Below, piece after piece: positions 38,358 through 47,716 of a stretch of DNA of 64,000 bases. Source of the stretch: a virus; IMG/VR virus record IMGVR_UViG_3300033144_006696, positions 32,001-96,000 of that record; one strand, 5' to 3'. The translations under genes were made by a program, and so were the position numbers. Position 1 is the stretch's first letter, and each line of letters opens with the position of its first letter. Under the pieces are notes generated by a model. The model was given only the letters and a program-made list of their open reading frames with translations, did not search any database and was not told the DNA's origin.

Positions 38358-39209
38358 TTAATAAATATCTTTATAATGGTCAATGATTTCATTGATATCA
38401 GATTCATAAAGTTTCAAGGCGATTTCATAAAGCTCCCCAAGCATTCCAAGACCATTTTCTACGAAATCAACCATACTTTTTGATTTATATTTATGAGTTG
38501 CATCATACTTTGCTCTTCGTATTTGCAGATTCATATGATATTTTCTACTAAAATGATCATATAACAACTGCCATCTTTTTTGGAAATCAGATCCTTTGAA
38601 CCTGACAACTTTGTTCAACACTTGTCTTTGTGCTTCTAATCCAATTGATTTGCAAATTCCATCAATAACTTCCTCTTTATATTCTAATTCTTTTTGAACT
38701 TTTTTATTAGTTTCTTCCAGAATTAATTTCTGTTTTTCTGAAATGACCAACTGCTCTAACGCTTCAATATAATTAGTAGGAGTTATTTTTTTTGCAATCT
38801 TTTCCATTTCAATGAAATACTTTCTTGCTTCTTTTCCTTTCTGATTTCTTTCAACCATAGATAATTCTTTTGCCATATCAATTTTAATTGTATATTCTTT
38901 CCTTATAGAAGATCCTCTTACATTATTCTTACGTTTGATTTTTCTATCAAACGTAATAAAGTTTTGATTTTCAAGAAAATCATAATCTTTTATTCTTTTT
39001 GTAATCCATGTTGTATATTCTTGTTTGCTTTCAAGAAATATCCATAATTCTCTTGCATCAACTGAATTAACTTCTTCTTTTCCAATTGTTTGTTTTTCAA
39101 TAATAATCAATTCTTTTGAATCTGTCATATTTACGATTTTTGGTTGCTTTGTTAATTGTTTCTGATTTCGTTTTTTCTGTGTTTGTTTCATTGATCGTTT
39201 TTTTGCCAT
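38358..39209 (-). CDS. AntA/AntB-type antirepressor-like protein
   Basis: VDARELWIFLESKQEYTTWITKRI..YDF..DMAKELSMVERNQKGKEARKYFIEMEK; likely start ATG 39209. Confidence 0.8.
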   Translation of the reverse strand: MAKKRSMKQTQKKRNQKQLTKQPKIVNMTDSKELIIIEKQTIGKEEVNSVDARELWIFLESKQEYTTWITKRIKDYDFLENQNFITFDRKIKRKNNVRGSSIRKEYTIKIDMAKELSMVERNQKGKEARKYFIEMEKIAKKITPTNYIEALEQLVISEKQKLILEETNKKVQKELEYKEEVIDGICKSIGLEAQRQVLNKVVRFKGSDFQKRWQLLYDHFSRKYHMNLQIRRAKYDATHKYKSKSMVDFVENGLGMLGELYEIALKLYESDINEIIDHYKDIY

Positions 39210-39239
39210 TTCATTTCTCCTAAAATAAAAAAGCCTATT

Positions 39240-39295
39240 AAGAGTGGTGATGACTGGAATGTAGAAACCAATAACCCTCGAAGGGTTCACTCTCT
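39240..39295 (-). ncRNA. c4-like cloverleaf RNA upstream of antA
   Basis: P1 AGAGTG/CACTCT, P2 AACCC(T)-TTCG-(A)GGGTT, P3 ATTGG-TTTCTACATT-CCAGT; layout and context recall P1/P7 c4 antisense RNA. Confidence 0.45.
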
Positions 39296-39313
39296 TTCAA
39301 TATTGAACTTCTA

Positions 39314-40068
39314 TTAATCAGTAATTAAAATTTTATATTTCACTAAAGAATTATAAACACGATTATCTAAAACTTCTATATATTTATTTATCATGATTTT
39401 GATTTGTTCTTCTTTTGCTTTTTTATAAACTAAAAAAGTTTTTTCAGGATTACAAAAACATCTAAGATATTTTTGTTTTCCATTTACAGCTATTTGTGCT
39501 ATAAATTTATTTGATGATTTATCAAAACAAACCCCAATAGGATATTTACCTCTTGATTTATCACATTTAACCAGTAATAAATTAATTGATTGAGGAACAA
39601 AGGAACAAAATTCAGGACAATATATTTTATTTTCTCTTTTAATAATATCTTTATCAAGTTCCACTCTTTCATCAAGAAGTTCATAGTAATTTTTATGAAA
39701 CCATTCAGCAAAATTCTGAAAATTCAACCATTCTTTACACACGAAAACATCTTGATAAGTTTGTCTTCTGTTTATTGTATATGGTTCATAACATCTTCGT
39801 AGCATATTCTGCCATGTTTGATATTTAATGGTTTTTTGTTATTTATTTTTGTTTTATATTTACCAATCCCAAAATAACCAATTCCATAAATACTTGGAAA
39901 TAAGGGATCTTTTACGTTTCCTTTTTTAAAATGATTATAATCTGTCTTTATAATATACCCAGTTTTGAATTTAACTTTAATATCTCTTGCATTATTGTAT
40001 TCAACGATCTTCATTAATCCATAATGACCTTTCTTAATTTCCCCAGTTCTATCAATAAATCTACCCAT
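39314..40068 (-). pseudogene. HNH-like/AP2 endonuclease split by a 1-nt frameshift
   Basis: ORFs 39772-40095 and 39314-39805 join by adding one A in CAAAAAAC (~39832-39837): KINNKKTIKYQTWQNMLRRCYEP, collinear with the intact paralogue at 57051. Confidence 0.75.
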
Positions 40069-40088
40069 AACGTACTCCAAAAATAAAA

Positions 40089-40154
40089 ATGGCAACGTAT
40101 TTTATCAGGTTGCGTATATGAAAATAAATCCATATCCAATAAAATAGTTGCCAT
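40089..40154 (-). promoter_or_regulatory. Hairpin leader, motif B copy 1
   Basis: ATGGCAAC..TATTTTAT..ATATG/CATAT..ATAAAATA..GTTGCCAT, then TTTTATTTTTGGAG and ATG. Confidence 0.55.
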
Positions 40155-40184
40155 GTATATTCACAGATTGTCCCTTGACGCAAC

Positions 40185-40364
40185 TCAAAGTTAAGATCAA
40201 TATATCATAAGTTATATAAAGAATCAAGAATATTCAATATAAGCATATACTCAAAACCGGAATACTCCTCTGATCTGCAATAAATGCTCTTAATAGACTT
40301 GATAAGCTTAATGTACATTTTTCTGAATCAATCACAATTCATCAAAGTTAAGATCAATATATCA
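40185..40364. repeat. 23-nt direct repeat pair
   Basis: tcaaagttaagatcaatatatca at 40185-40207 and 40342-40364. Confidence 0.8.
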
Positions 40365-40717
40365 CATCTTGATAAATTTGCAAATATAATCTTTGAAATT
40401 AAACTCAATTGATCAATTTTAGCTTATTTAACGATGATAAAAGTCAAATTAGATGCAATACTCTCATTGTTTTGTAATCAAAGCGAAATGAGCAAAGATT
40501 GATCTTGATGTGCAATGAATAATCTTGAATCTGCAAAGATCAAGGATTTTTAATTCAACAAAGAATCTTATTGCAATCAAAGCGAAGCTCCTTTCCCAGC
40601 AAACTTGCACAAGCAAGTTGTATAGAGTTGTAATCTTATGTTGTTGTGTATGATGTAATCATACTTAAATAATAACTTGTTATTGTTTATCAACATAAGA
40701 GTACAGCTCTTTCTATA

Positions 40718-40768
40718 GTTAGACATCTGTGTCGCACTATATTTGTCAGAGACACAGATGTCTAACTA
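40718..40768. repeat. 17-bp inverted repeat just downstream of the wHTH gene
   Basis: AGTTAGACATCTGTGTC ... GACACAGATGTCTAACT. Confidence 0.8.
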
Positions 40769-40775
40769 TATAAGT

Positions 40776-41439
40776 TTAAATATTTATTCTTAATTTCCTG
40801 AAACGACCATCAAAATATATTTCCTCAATTAATCCTTTGTTCATAAGCTTGATTCTATTTCGTTGAATTGTTTTAGAAACACATGAAAGCAATTCAGCAG
40901 CTCTTGTATCAGATAATCCTGTAATACCTCCCTCAGAACCATTAGAAGCTTTATTTGGTGTTGTTGAATATGCTTTATACAACATAAGTAAAACTAATTC
41001 TATCGGACTTAATTTTTCTTCATCTTTTTTTATTCTGAATTAATTCTTCAAATATATTTCTTCTCATGGTAAATTCTCCTGTGGAATTTTTCCAGTATAT
41101 GCAAGATTTCAAAGCATAGGCTCCACATAATTTTAATTCTAACAAAATATCATGATATGGAATACCATTATTTCTGATGAATTTTTTAAACATAATATAT
41201 TGGTATTCAAAATCAGCAGATATTTTTGTAATTCCATATTTTAAAATTACAGAATAATTTATTGATTCAGTTTCACGTTCAACAATAATATTGAAATCTT
41301 TGCAGACTTCCCTTAACTCTTGTAATGGATTTTTTGTTCTGAAGAAATTTGAATCCACAAATCTAAGCTCTTTGTGGTTTTTATTTTGGATTCTTTCGTA
41401 ATAGAGATCTTCTTTGGAGGGAATTTTCTTGTTAAACAT
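40776..41439 (-). pseudogene. Winged-HTH (Rep-like) protein split by a +1 frameshift
   Basis: Removing one A from A7 at 41015-41021 gives IQNKKDEEKLSPIELVLLMLYKAY..TRAAELLSCVSKTIQRNRIKLMNKGLI (HTH), fusing ORFs 41020-41457 and 40776-40985. Confidence 0.6.
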
Positions 41440-41449
41440 AATTTTACCT

Positions 41450-41543
41450 TTTGCCACAAGTAGCCATAAATGAATGTGGGAAAAGAGAATGGCAAATTCT
41501 CAGTTCAATACAAGGAGCAACCCTTATATCTATCCCCACAATT
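41450..41543 (-). ncRNA. Structured leader, motif A copy 3
   Basis: P1 TGTGGGGA/TTCCCACA; TAG; P2 ATATAAGG-GTTGCT-CCTTGTAT; TGAAC; P3 GAGAAT/ATTCTC; loop TTGCC pairs with GGCAA next to the SD. Confidence 0.6.
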
Positions 41544-41606
41544 TTGGATGACTAAGTATAACAGAAGGTAAAATTTGAAGCAAGATTATTTTTAAAATGT
41601 TTGAAT

Positions 41607-41635
41607 ATAATAGAAAATTAATACAAGAAAGTCAA
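41607..41635 (-). promoter_or_regulatory. sigma70-type promoter
   Basis: TTGACT-N17-TATTAT on the minus strand, upstream of motif A copy 3. Confidence 0.6.
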
Positions 41636-41789
41636 TAAGAATAATGATTTTTTCAATAAAAATTATTAATTAAAAATCGTCTTCTAAGAGCTATTTGTTG
41701 TTCTATATATCATTATATTCATTTTCTCTAAATCATTGTTAAATCGCATATAAAGCTTATTAAATCAATAAGTATTTTCAATGAGTGTT

Positions 41790-42110
41790 TTAATGAAGAT
41801 TTTTAATGATCTTTTTTGTTTCATGTTCAGGCAAAGAATATATTACATGACCATTATTTTTAAATTTATTCAAATATTCTTGTTTAACAAAAATATTTAA
41901 AATCATCTGGATATTTTTATATATGCTCTGTTTTACTTCAGAAGCCTTAAAAGATGTTAAATCAGAAATAAAATATGTTCCTTCAATATTTGGACCATGT
42001 TTTTGAATTACATTTTTAATTTTTTCAGTCTGGATTTTTTTGCATAAATCAAGTATCATCTTTCTATTTGAATTCATAAATTTCCTTTTAATCCCCAGAG
42101 GTACATGCAT
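41790..42110 (-). CDS. Hypothetical protein
   Basis: 106-aa ORF, Lys/Ile-rich. Confidence 0.4.
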   Translation of the reverse strand: MHVPLGIKRKFMNSNRKMILDLCKKIQTEKIKNVIQKHGPNIEGTYFISDLTSFKASEVKQSIYKNIQMILNIFVKQEYLNKFKNNGHVIYSLPEHETKKIIKNLH

Positions 42111-42193
42111 ACTCTGCGTCTTTATTTATATTGCACATAAGATTTGCTTATGGATGCCCTGATTGAATGCACATGGGGAAATTATTTGAATTT

Positions 42194-42853
42194 TTACAAC
42201 ATTCCAGTTTCACTTAATTTTTTAATATCATTTTTATATTTTTCATATAATTTTTCAAAAATCACAGGAGTGCAAAAATAAAATTCAGCCAATAATGGCA
42301 ACATCACTTCCCTTATTTGTGGATGTGATTTTTTACTGCATCTTAATTTAAATACATGCATCCATTCACGAAGATTACAAGACATCACAATACTTGTAGA
42401 TAATGAATTTGGCAGCACTGAACGAGCTTCTTGTGCTGTAGCACCTCGTTTCAATAAAGTTATATATGATTCTTCAGCTACCTGACAAGCTTGCTTCCAC
42501 AATGTATATTGCATATGATTTGAAGGCCAAAAAATAGGGCGAATAACAGTAATTTCATTTCCAAATTTATCTTTGCTGAAATTACAATATCGTGTGCTTT
42601 GGATGGCAAAACTTGATAATCTATGTCTTGTTAATTCTGCCATAACACCACGATCACAAATTATTTTGACTGTAGCAGAAGCAAATTCCAGTGGTGTTTC
42701 ATGTCCATTTTTAATTAATTGTGAAATAAATTTTGAAGTATTTTCCGCAGTTGTTATTTCTGAAGCATAGCAATTTCTACCAGCAATTTCAATTTTTTCA
42801 AGAGCATTTTCTGTAAAATCTATAATTTCAACTGATGGTGTGATAATTTTCAT
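42194..42853 (-). CDS. thyX: FAD-dependent thymidylate synthase ThyX
   Basis: GHETPLEF, ELTRHRLSSFAIQSTRY (RHRxxSxxxxSxR), QEARSVLPN, NLREWMHVFKLRC..HPQIRE. Confidence 0.95.
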   Translation of the reverse strand: MKIITPSVEIIDFTENALEKIEIAGRNCYASEITTAENTSKFISQLIKNGHETPLEFASATVKIICDRGVMAELTRHRLSSFAIQSTRYCNFSKDKFGNEITVIRPIFWPSNHMQYTLWKQACQVAEESYITLLKRGATAQEARSVLPNSLSTSIVMSCNLREWMHVFKLRCSKKSHPQIREVMLPLLAEFYFCTPVIFEKLYEKYKNDIKKLSETGML

Positions 42854-43044
42854 TTTTTCTTTCCCCTTTTCTTTGGTTTATATTTTGCTGCCTGTTTTTT
42901 ATTGAATGCTGTTTCATCTTCTTTAATAAGATCTTGGCAATTTTTACAAACATTACTTCCAGGCTCATAATTCATTTTTGAAATTACTTGACTACAAACT
43001 TTACATTTCATATTGATGATCTTTCCAATGGAATATCTCTCCAT
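42850..43044 (-). CDS. Small Zn-ribbon protein
   Basis: CKVC..CKNC; ATGA-coupled to thyX. Confidence 0.45.
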   Translation of the reverse strand: MERYSIGKIINMKCKVCSQVISKMNYEPGSNVCKNCQDLIKEDETAFNKKQAAKYKPKKRGKKK

Positions 43045-43193
43045 TCAAAAACTTTATCAAGATTAACCCATTTCTGCTGAAGAACATAAACTGAACCACC
43101 ATAAACAGTAACCAAGGCAGGAGGATCATTTTCTGGAGTTGGATTCACTTCTTGCCATTTCAATTCGAGTGTAGGTGCCCATATATCTGACAT
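43008..43193 (-). CDS. Hypothetical protein
   Basis: SD AAGGA; LELKWQE..YVLQQKW..EWRDIPLE. Confidence 0.55.
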   Translation of the reverse strand: MSDIWAPTLELKWQEVNPTPENDPPALVTVYGGSVYVLQQKWVNLDKVFEWRDIPLERSSI

Positions 43194-43204
43194 TTTAAAA
43201 TTCC

Positions 43205-43555
43205 TTATAAAAACTTATATTTTCGATAATTTGAAGAATTAACACTTTCTTCAGCCCAATTACGTTTTACAGCAATTACTAAAACAATTCTCCAAAACCA
43301 TTTACTTTCTTTCATTCCTCCTGGAATTTGATTTGCATGATATCTCAAAGTATCTTTTCCACATCCATTTTTTAAACAATGACCATTTTCACTATGATAA
43401 AGTCTGTGTAATTGTTTCCAACCAGTTCTGAATTTACTTTCTGGTAAAATTAACATATTAATATCTTGTCTTTCTGCTTTCAAATATTGAAGTAAAGTTT
43501 CAAGTTCATCTAGATGGCCAAATGTTTTATTAAAAATACGCTCAATAGATGTCAT
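43205..43555 (-). CDS. Hypothetical protein
   Basis: 116-aa ORF with SD AAGGA. Confidence 0.5.
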   Translation of the reverse strand: MTSIERIFNKTFGHLDELETLLQYLKAERQDINMLILPESKFRTGWKQLHRLYHSENGHCLKNGCGKDTLRYHANQIPGGMKESKWFWRIVLVIAVKRNWAEESVNSSNYRKYKFL

Positions 43556-43662
43556 AATATTTTATTCCTTTTTAATCCCCAAAATATGATGTCAATTTAT
43601 TCTGTAAACACTTGACCACAATAAGAACAAATATAATTTAAGGTTCTTGTATTTTTTCAATT

Positions 43663-43924
43663 TTACCATATTTTGTACCCAATTGCATGATTACTATTTA
43701 TAGACATTTTATATTTACCTATACCAAGATATCCAGTTTTATAAATACTTGGAAATAAAGGATCTTTTACATTTCCAGTTTTAAAATGATCATATCTTGC
43801 TTTTACAACTGTTCCTGTTTTGAATTTAACTTTAATGTCTCTGCAACCATTATATTCAATGATCTTCATTACACCATAATTACCATTTTTAACCTCTCCA
43901 ACTTTATTTTTTTAGTTTAGCCAT
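43663..43924 (-). pseudogene. Truncated third copy of the HNH-AP2 family (N-terminal only)
   Basis: MAKLK(+1 A in A7)NKVGEVKNGNYGVMKIIEYNGCRDIKVKFKTG..VKDPLFPSIY.. then stop; collinear with the 40068 and 57806 genes. Confidence 0.7.
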
Positions 43925-43925
43925 T

Positions 43926-44639
43926 TTATTCCTTTTTAGAAAAAAAACTCTGTCCACAATAATCACACACTTTCATCATTGAATGTAAACTTTTAATTAG
44001 ATGTCCATGATTGCATTTAGAACAAATATCTTCCATTGTAGATTTAAGTGCAGGTTCAAATTGATTAGATCCAGGACTGCATATTGTGTTTTTTATTAGA
44101 ATTTTATTAATATATAAATCAGTAAAAACTTTTTCAATATGAGTTTTTAATTCATCCAAAGTTCCATTATTATAAATATAAAGAGAATAGTCATATCTAC
44201 CATACATTTTGTCACCTGTCAAAGATAGACATGATCGTTCTGCTTCCAATTCCTTATTTGTATTACTAATTCTGCAAGTATGGCAAATGACTTTATTTTC
44301 TCTGCACCATTTAACAAGTTTATCAATTTCTGACGGTTCTCGGATATCCGTCACAATTAGGTCAATTTCAGATGCTATGCTTTCTTTAATAACAGAAATA
44401 ATTTTCTTAGTTGGTAAATTATTATATTTTATCATCGCTTGTTTCATTGTAGAAAGAAGATTTCTTCCAGCAGTATCTTTAACACCATTCCACCCAAAAC
44501 TTTCTTTGGCAACTTCTTTGATATATTGAATTGAACTATATTCTTTTACATCCCAATCAAGAAGAATTTCATCAATGAATTTGAACACTTCACCTTTGCC
44601 TGATCCAGCAGCACCGTTTAAGATAAGAATTTGCACCAT
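43926..44639 (-). CDS. P-loop deoxynucleoside monophosphate kinase-like protein
   Basis: ILNGAAGSGKGEV, GWNGVKDTAGRNLL, IVTDIREPSE, IYNNGTLDEL. Confidence 0.7.
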   Translation of the reverse strand: MVQILILNGAAGSGKGEVFKFIDEILLDWDVKEYSSIQYIKEVAKESFGWNGVKDTAGRNLLSTMKQAMIKYNNLPTKKIISVIKESIASEIDLIVTDIREPSEIDKLVKWCRENKVICHTCRISNTNKELEAERSCLSLTGDKMYGRYDYSLYIYNNGTLDELKTHIEKVFTDLYINKILIKNTICSPGSNQFEPALKSTMEDICSKCNHGHLIKSLHSMMKVCDYCGQSFFSKKE

Positions 44640-44989
44640 TAAAATATTCCTTTTTCCCTTTCCTTTGTACCTTTATATTTTTGCCAAATAACCATCTTTT
44701 CCCATTTTCCAGGTTTTGCATCTTCTAATCTATCATGACATAAGATACCTTTTGCAACCAAAACATCCACAACTGCAAGGAAATGACCTACCTCAGTTTC
44801 TAATTTTTCTTTATTTGTTTGATCTGGATTCAGTGTATTATTGAAAGTGTCTAATAAACCAAACCGTATTACTTTGGATTTGGCTTGTATAACTTCTGCT
44901 GCTTCCTCTGCCAATTCTTCAAGTACTAATGTGTAATCAGTAAACAATGTAGCTAAATCCTTTTTCTCAATAGTCATTTTCAACGCCAT
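44639..44989 (-). CDS. MazG-like nucleotide pyrophosphohydrolase
   Basis: LEELAEEAAEVIQAKSKVIRFG..LETEVGHFLAVVDVL acidic helical motif. Confidence 0.65.
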   Translation of the reverse strand: MALKMTIEKKDLATLFTDYTLVLEELAEEAAEVIQAKSKVIRFGLLDTFNNTLNPDQTNKEKLETEVGHFLAVVDVLVAKGILCHDRLEDAKPGKWEKMVIWQKYKGTKEREKGIF

Positions 44990-45145
44990 ATTCCTCTTAT
45001 CAATTGTAGTCCAGTTAATTTATCTATCTTCTTTTCAATTCTATCTAATCTATTGATGACTTCTTTGTATAATTTTACAATATTATCTTCTCTTTTCTTT
45101 ATTTCTTCAAAAAGGAATGTTTCCTTTGGCCAATTATTAAATAAA

Positions 45146-45436
45146 TTACTCATATTTATCCATTTTTTTAAGTAATGCTAATCCACGCATTCCTGAAAGA
45201 CTGTGACATGCTTTTCTAACAAGGTTGACCACCTGGATGCATACAAATTTCACAATAATGAATTTATAGACATCCAATTTATGAATCTGATATAAAGTCC
45301 ATTGAATCTTATCCATTTTAAATTGCCAGCATATACACTGTGAATTTAATTCATGGCATTTTCTGCATCGATCTTCAACGTATATCAAAGTTTCACTTAT
45401 TGTTAAACTTTCTGTATTTAGTACGGCCATTCCCAT
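45146..45436 (-). CDS. Hypothetical protein
   Basis: SD AAGGAG; CRKC motif. Confidence 0.45.
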   Translation of the reverse strand: MGMAVLNTESLTISETLIYVEDRCRKCHELNSQCICWQFKMDKIQWTLYQIHKLDVYKFIIVKFVCIQVVNLVRKACHSLSGMRGLALLKKMDKYE

Positions 45437-45446
45437 AAATTTCTCC

Positions 45447-45764
45447 TTATATTTGCCTTTTCATTCGTTTAAGTTGCCGTCTAAAAGTATCAATACCTTG
45501 GTATTCTTTTTGTGAATCTTTGGCAGATTCTAAACATAACTCAATAAGTTTGTTAAATGAAGTATTATTTTCATAAATACCAAAATGTTCAAAAATTATA
45601 TTATCTATTTCTTGACTCATTTTAGTAAGTCCAGTTAAATATCTTTTATATGGACCACCTACACCAAATTTAAAAAATTGCCAATCTTCTTTAGAAAAAA
45701 GTTTTACTGCGTTTTCAAATTCATTTTCTAGTATTTTTAGAGCATATTCAATAGTTACTGCCAT
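45447..45764 (-). CDS. Hypothetical protein
   Basis: SD AAGGAG; 105 aa. Confidence 0.5.
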   Translation of the reverse strand: MAVTIEYALKILENEFENAVKLFSKEDWQFFKFGVGGPYKRYLTGLTKMSQEIDNIIFEHFGIYENNTSFNKLIELCLESAKDSQKEYQGIDTFRRQLKRMKRQI

Positions 45765-46806
45765 TTAAAATCTCCTTTATAAGTTTTTCACTAAGTAATG
45801 TAGGTCTGTAGATAGTAGCTTTTTCAATTTCCTCTGTAATTACCATCATTAACCAATTATTCCAAAATTTTTGATTAACTTTATTTGGTAAGTTTGTTGT
45901 CTGTGATAAAATCTCAATTTCATTCATAAGACTTTCTAAAATTGGAGCAACTTGAGTGAGATAATTAAATTTACCCATTTTAACATTTCTCAAAAAATCA
46001 GCATTTTTCAAAGGAAAGATAATATCACCTTTAGTAAATAAATCTCTTATCTGCCAAGCATATCTTATTGCATGTGAGACAGCTTTCCAATCAATTCCTT
46101 TGTTCTTCTCAGCTTCTTTTGCTCTGTGCCCATATGATTCTATAAATTTATCAAGTATGTCTTTACAATAGCTTATATTTGCTGTTTTTTGTAGTCTTTT
46201 TCCGCATACTTGATAAAATACTTCAGTAGAATCTTTCTTGCCTCCTGTGACAAAATGTATATGATCGCCTTTGGGAAGTTTATCCCAAACATAACTCATT
46301 GATCTTATTGCGCCATACTTCCAAATCTGATTCCCAAGAAAATCAGAAACCTTTCTTGCATCAGCAATACGACTTCCTTTAATACCATATTTTGCTGCCT
46401 GTTTTCTACAATACCCAACAAATCCTTTCAGATTATTTGTATAGAACAGGTTTTTATGCTTATGAATAAATGTCCAGACTTGTGTGTACTCTATACAACT
46501 TTCTCTATTAACGTGAAGCATGTCAATTGCTACAGTCTCACCTTTGAAAGCAAGCTCTAAAAAATAATGCAAAGAATATAACTCAATGTCAATATCTTCT
46601 TTAATATTCTTTGCATTTGGATTTCCACTACTGAATTGAATACATTTTGGAATCTTGTTGAGTAAGATTTCTTCTTTTGTGGGCATAAAAATACCTTTGT
46701 AATCAGAATCGCTCTCCTTTGTTTCAGTGCCATAAAGATGAGAACCAAATTTCATAAGCAAGATTATTTTTCTATTACCAATTACTTCTTTTAAATGTTC
46801 ATTCAT
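45748..46806 (-). CDS. Pol-beta superfamily nucleotidyltransferase (T4 NrdC.11/RlaP-like)
   Basis: FGSHLYGTETKESDSDYKGIF signature; DWKAVSHAIR. Confidence 0.8.
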   Translation of the reverse strand: MNEHLKEVIGNRKIILLMKFGSHLYGTETKESDSDYKGIFMPTKEEILLNKIPKCIQFSSGNPNAKNIKEDIDIELYSLHYFLELAFKGETVAIDMLHVNRESCIEYTQVWTFIHKHKNLFYTNNLKGFVGYCRKQAAKYGIKGSRIADARKVSDFLGNQIWKYGAIRSMSYVWDKLPKGDHIHFVTGGKKDSTEVFYQVCGKRLQKTANISYCKDILDKFIESYGHRAKEAEKNKGIDWKAVSHAIRYAWQIRDLFTKGDIIFPLKNADFLRNVKMGKFNYLTQVAPILESLMNEIEILSQTTNLPNKVNQKFWNNWLMMVITEEIEKATIYRPTLLSEKLIKEILNGSNY

Positions 46807-46850
46807 TTTGAATACAACTCCTTATTCTGTAATATCTATTAATTTAATAG

Positions 46851-47456
46851 TCAAGAAATAATCTCTGTAACTGTTGAAATATCATCTGTCTTAGTTACAA
46901 TAAATTGCTTATCAGCATATTTTGCTAATGATTTTGAATGTGTTACAATTATGAATTGTAATCCACCTTCCATTTTGCTTAACTGACTGATCATCATTGA
47001 TGCCAATTCATGTTTTTCCAAAGAAAGGTACTTTGTGGGTTCATCCAAAATAAGAATATTGTTTGAATCATTATCAAGTTTCCAATAAGCAACACGTAAT
47101 GCCAAAGAAGCAATATCGGATGCACCAAACCCACATGAATTTAATGGTGAAAGTAGTTTTCCATTTCTGGAGAACCATAAATCGGTTTCAGTACTATTTC
47201 TTCTTGAAACAAAATTAACTACAAATTTATATGGAAAACCAACAGCTTCTAATGCGTTGGATACGATCTTTTCAATTTGTGAAGATAATTGTACTTGAGT
47301 CATCTGAGAGGCTTTTTGGAAAATGACTCTTGCCTCTTCAAGATTATCAAGATGCTGAAGATGTTTATCCAACTTTGACATCTCAAGTTCCAAAATCTTC
47401 TTAGTCATTTTTCTATTTGTTATATGTTCAGAAAGAGATTTCATTAATTTTTTCAT
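46851..47456 (-). CDS. Rad50/SbcC C-terminal half (ABC-ATPase C-lobe)
   Basis: Signature SCGFG, Walker B ILILDEP, H-loop IIVTH. Confidence 0.85.
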   Translation of the reverse strand: MKKLMKSLSEHITNRKMTKKILELEMSKLDKHLQHLDNLEEARVIFQKASQMTQVQLSSQIEKIVSNALEAVGFPYKFVVNFVSRRNSTETDLWFSRNGKLLSPLNSCGFGASDIASLALRVAYWKLDNDSNNILILDEPTKYLSLEKHELASMMISQLSKMEGGLQFIIVTHSKSLAKYADKQFIVTKTDDISTVTEIIS

Positions 47457-47701
47457 TAATCATTTTCCAATAAATTCTGGTATTTCTTTTTAAAAGCACT
47501 TTTACCTTTAGCATAATGTGCCTCCATTTTTTCAACTTCTTTTTTCTTGATAGTAAGAGCTGTATTTGCTTCAGTTTTTGAATTAAAACCTAAATTTCCA
47601 AGTTCTTCAATAATCATACTTTTCCTACCCAATAGTTTGTCACGCAGTTTTTCTTTGTTTTTTATAATTTCTGACATTTTTATTAAGTCAACTTCTGGCA
47701 T
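47456..47701 (-). CDS. Small coiled-coil protein inside the split Rad50 locus
   Basis: 81-aa helical ORF coupled to the SbcC C-half. Confidence 0.6.
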   Translation of the reverse strand: MPEVDLIKMSEIIKNKEKLRDKLLGRKSMIIEELGNLGFNSKTEANTALTIKKKEVEKMEAHYAKGKSAFKKKYQNLLEND

Positions 47702-47716
47702 TTTTATCTCCTATTT

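Noticed and set aside
40185-40364. 23-nt direct repeats as a mini-CRISPR or att site
   Set aside because: Only two copies, 134 nt apart, with no palindromic structure and no integrase or cas gene visible; kept only as a repeat
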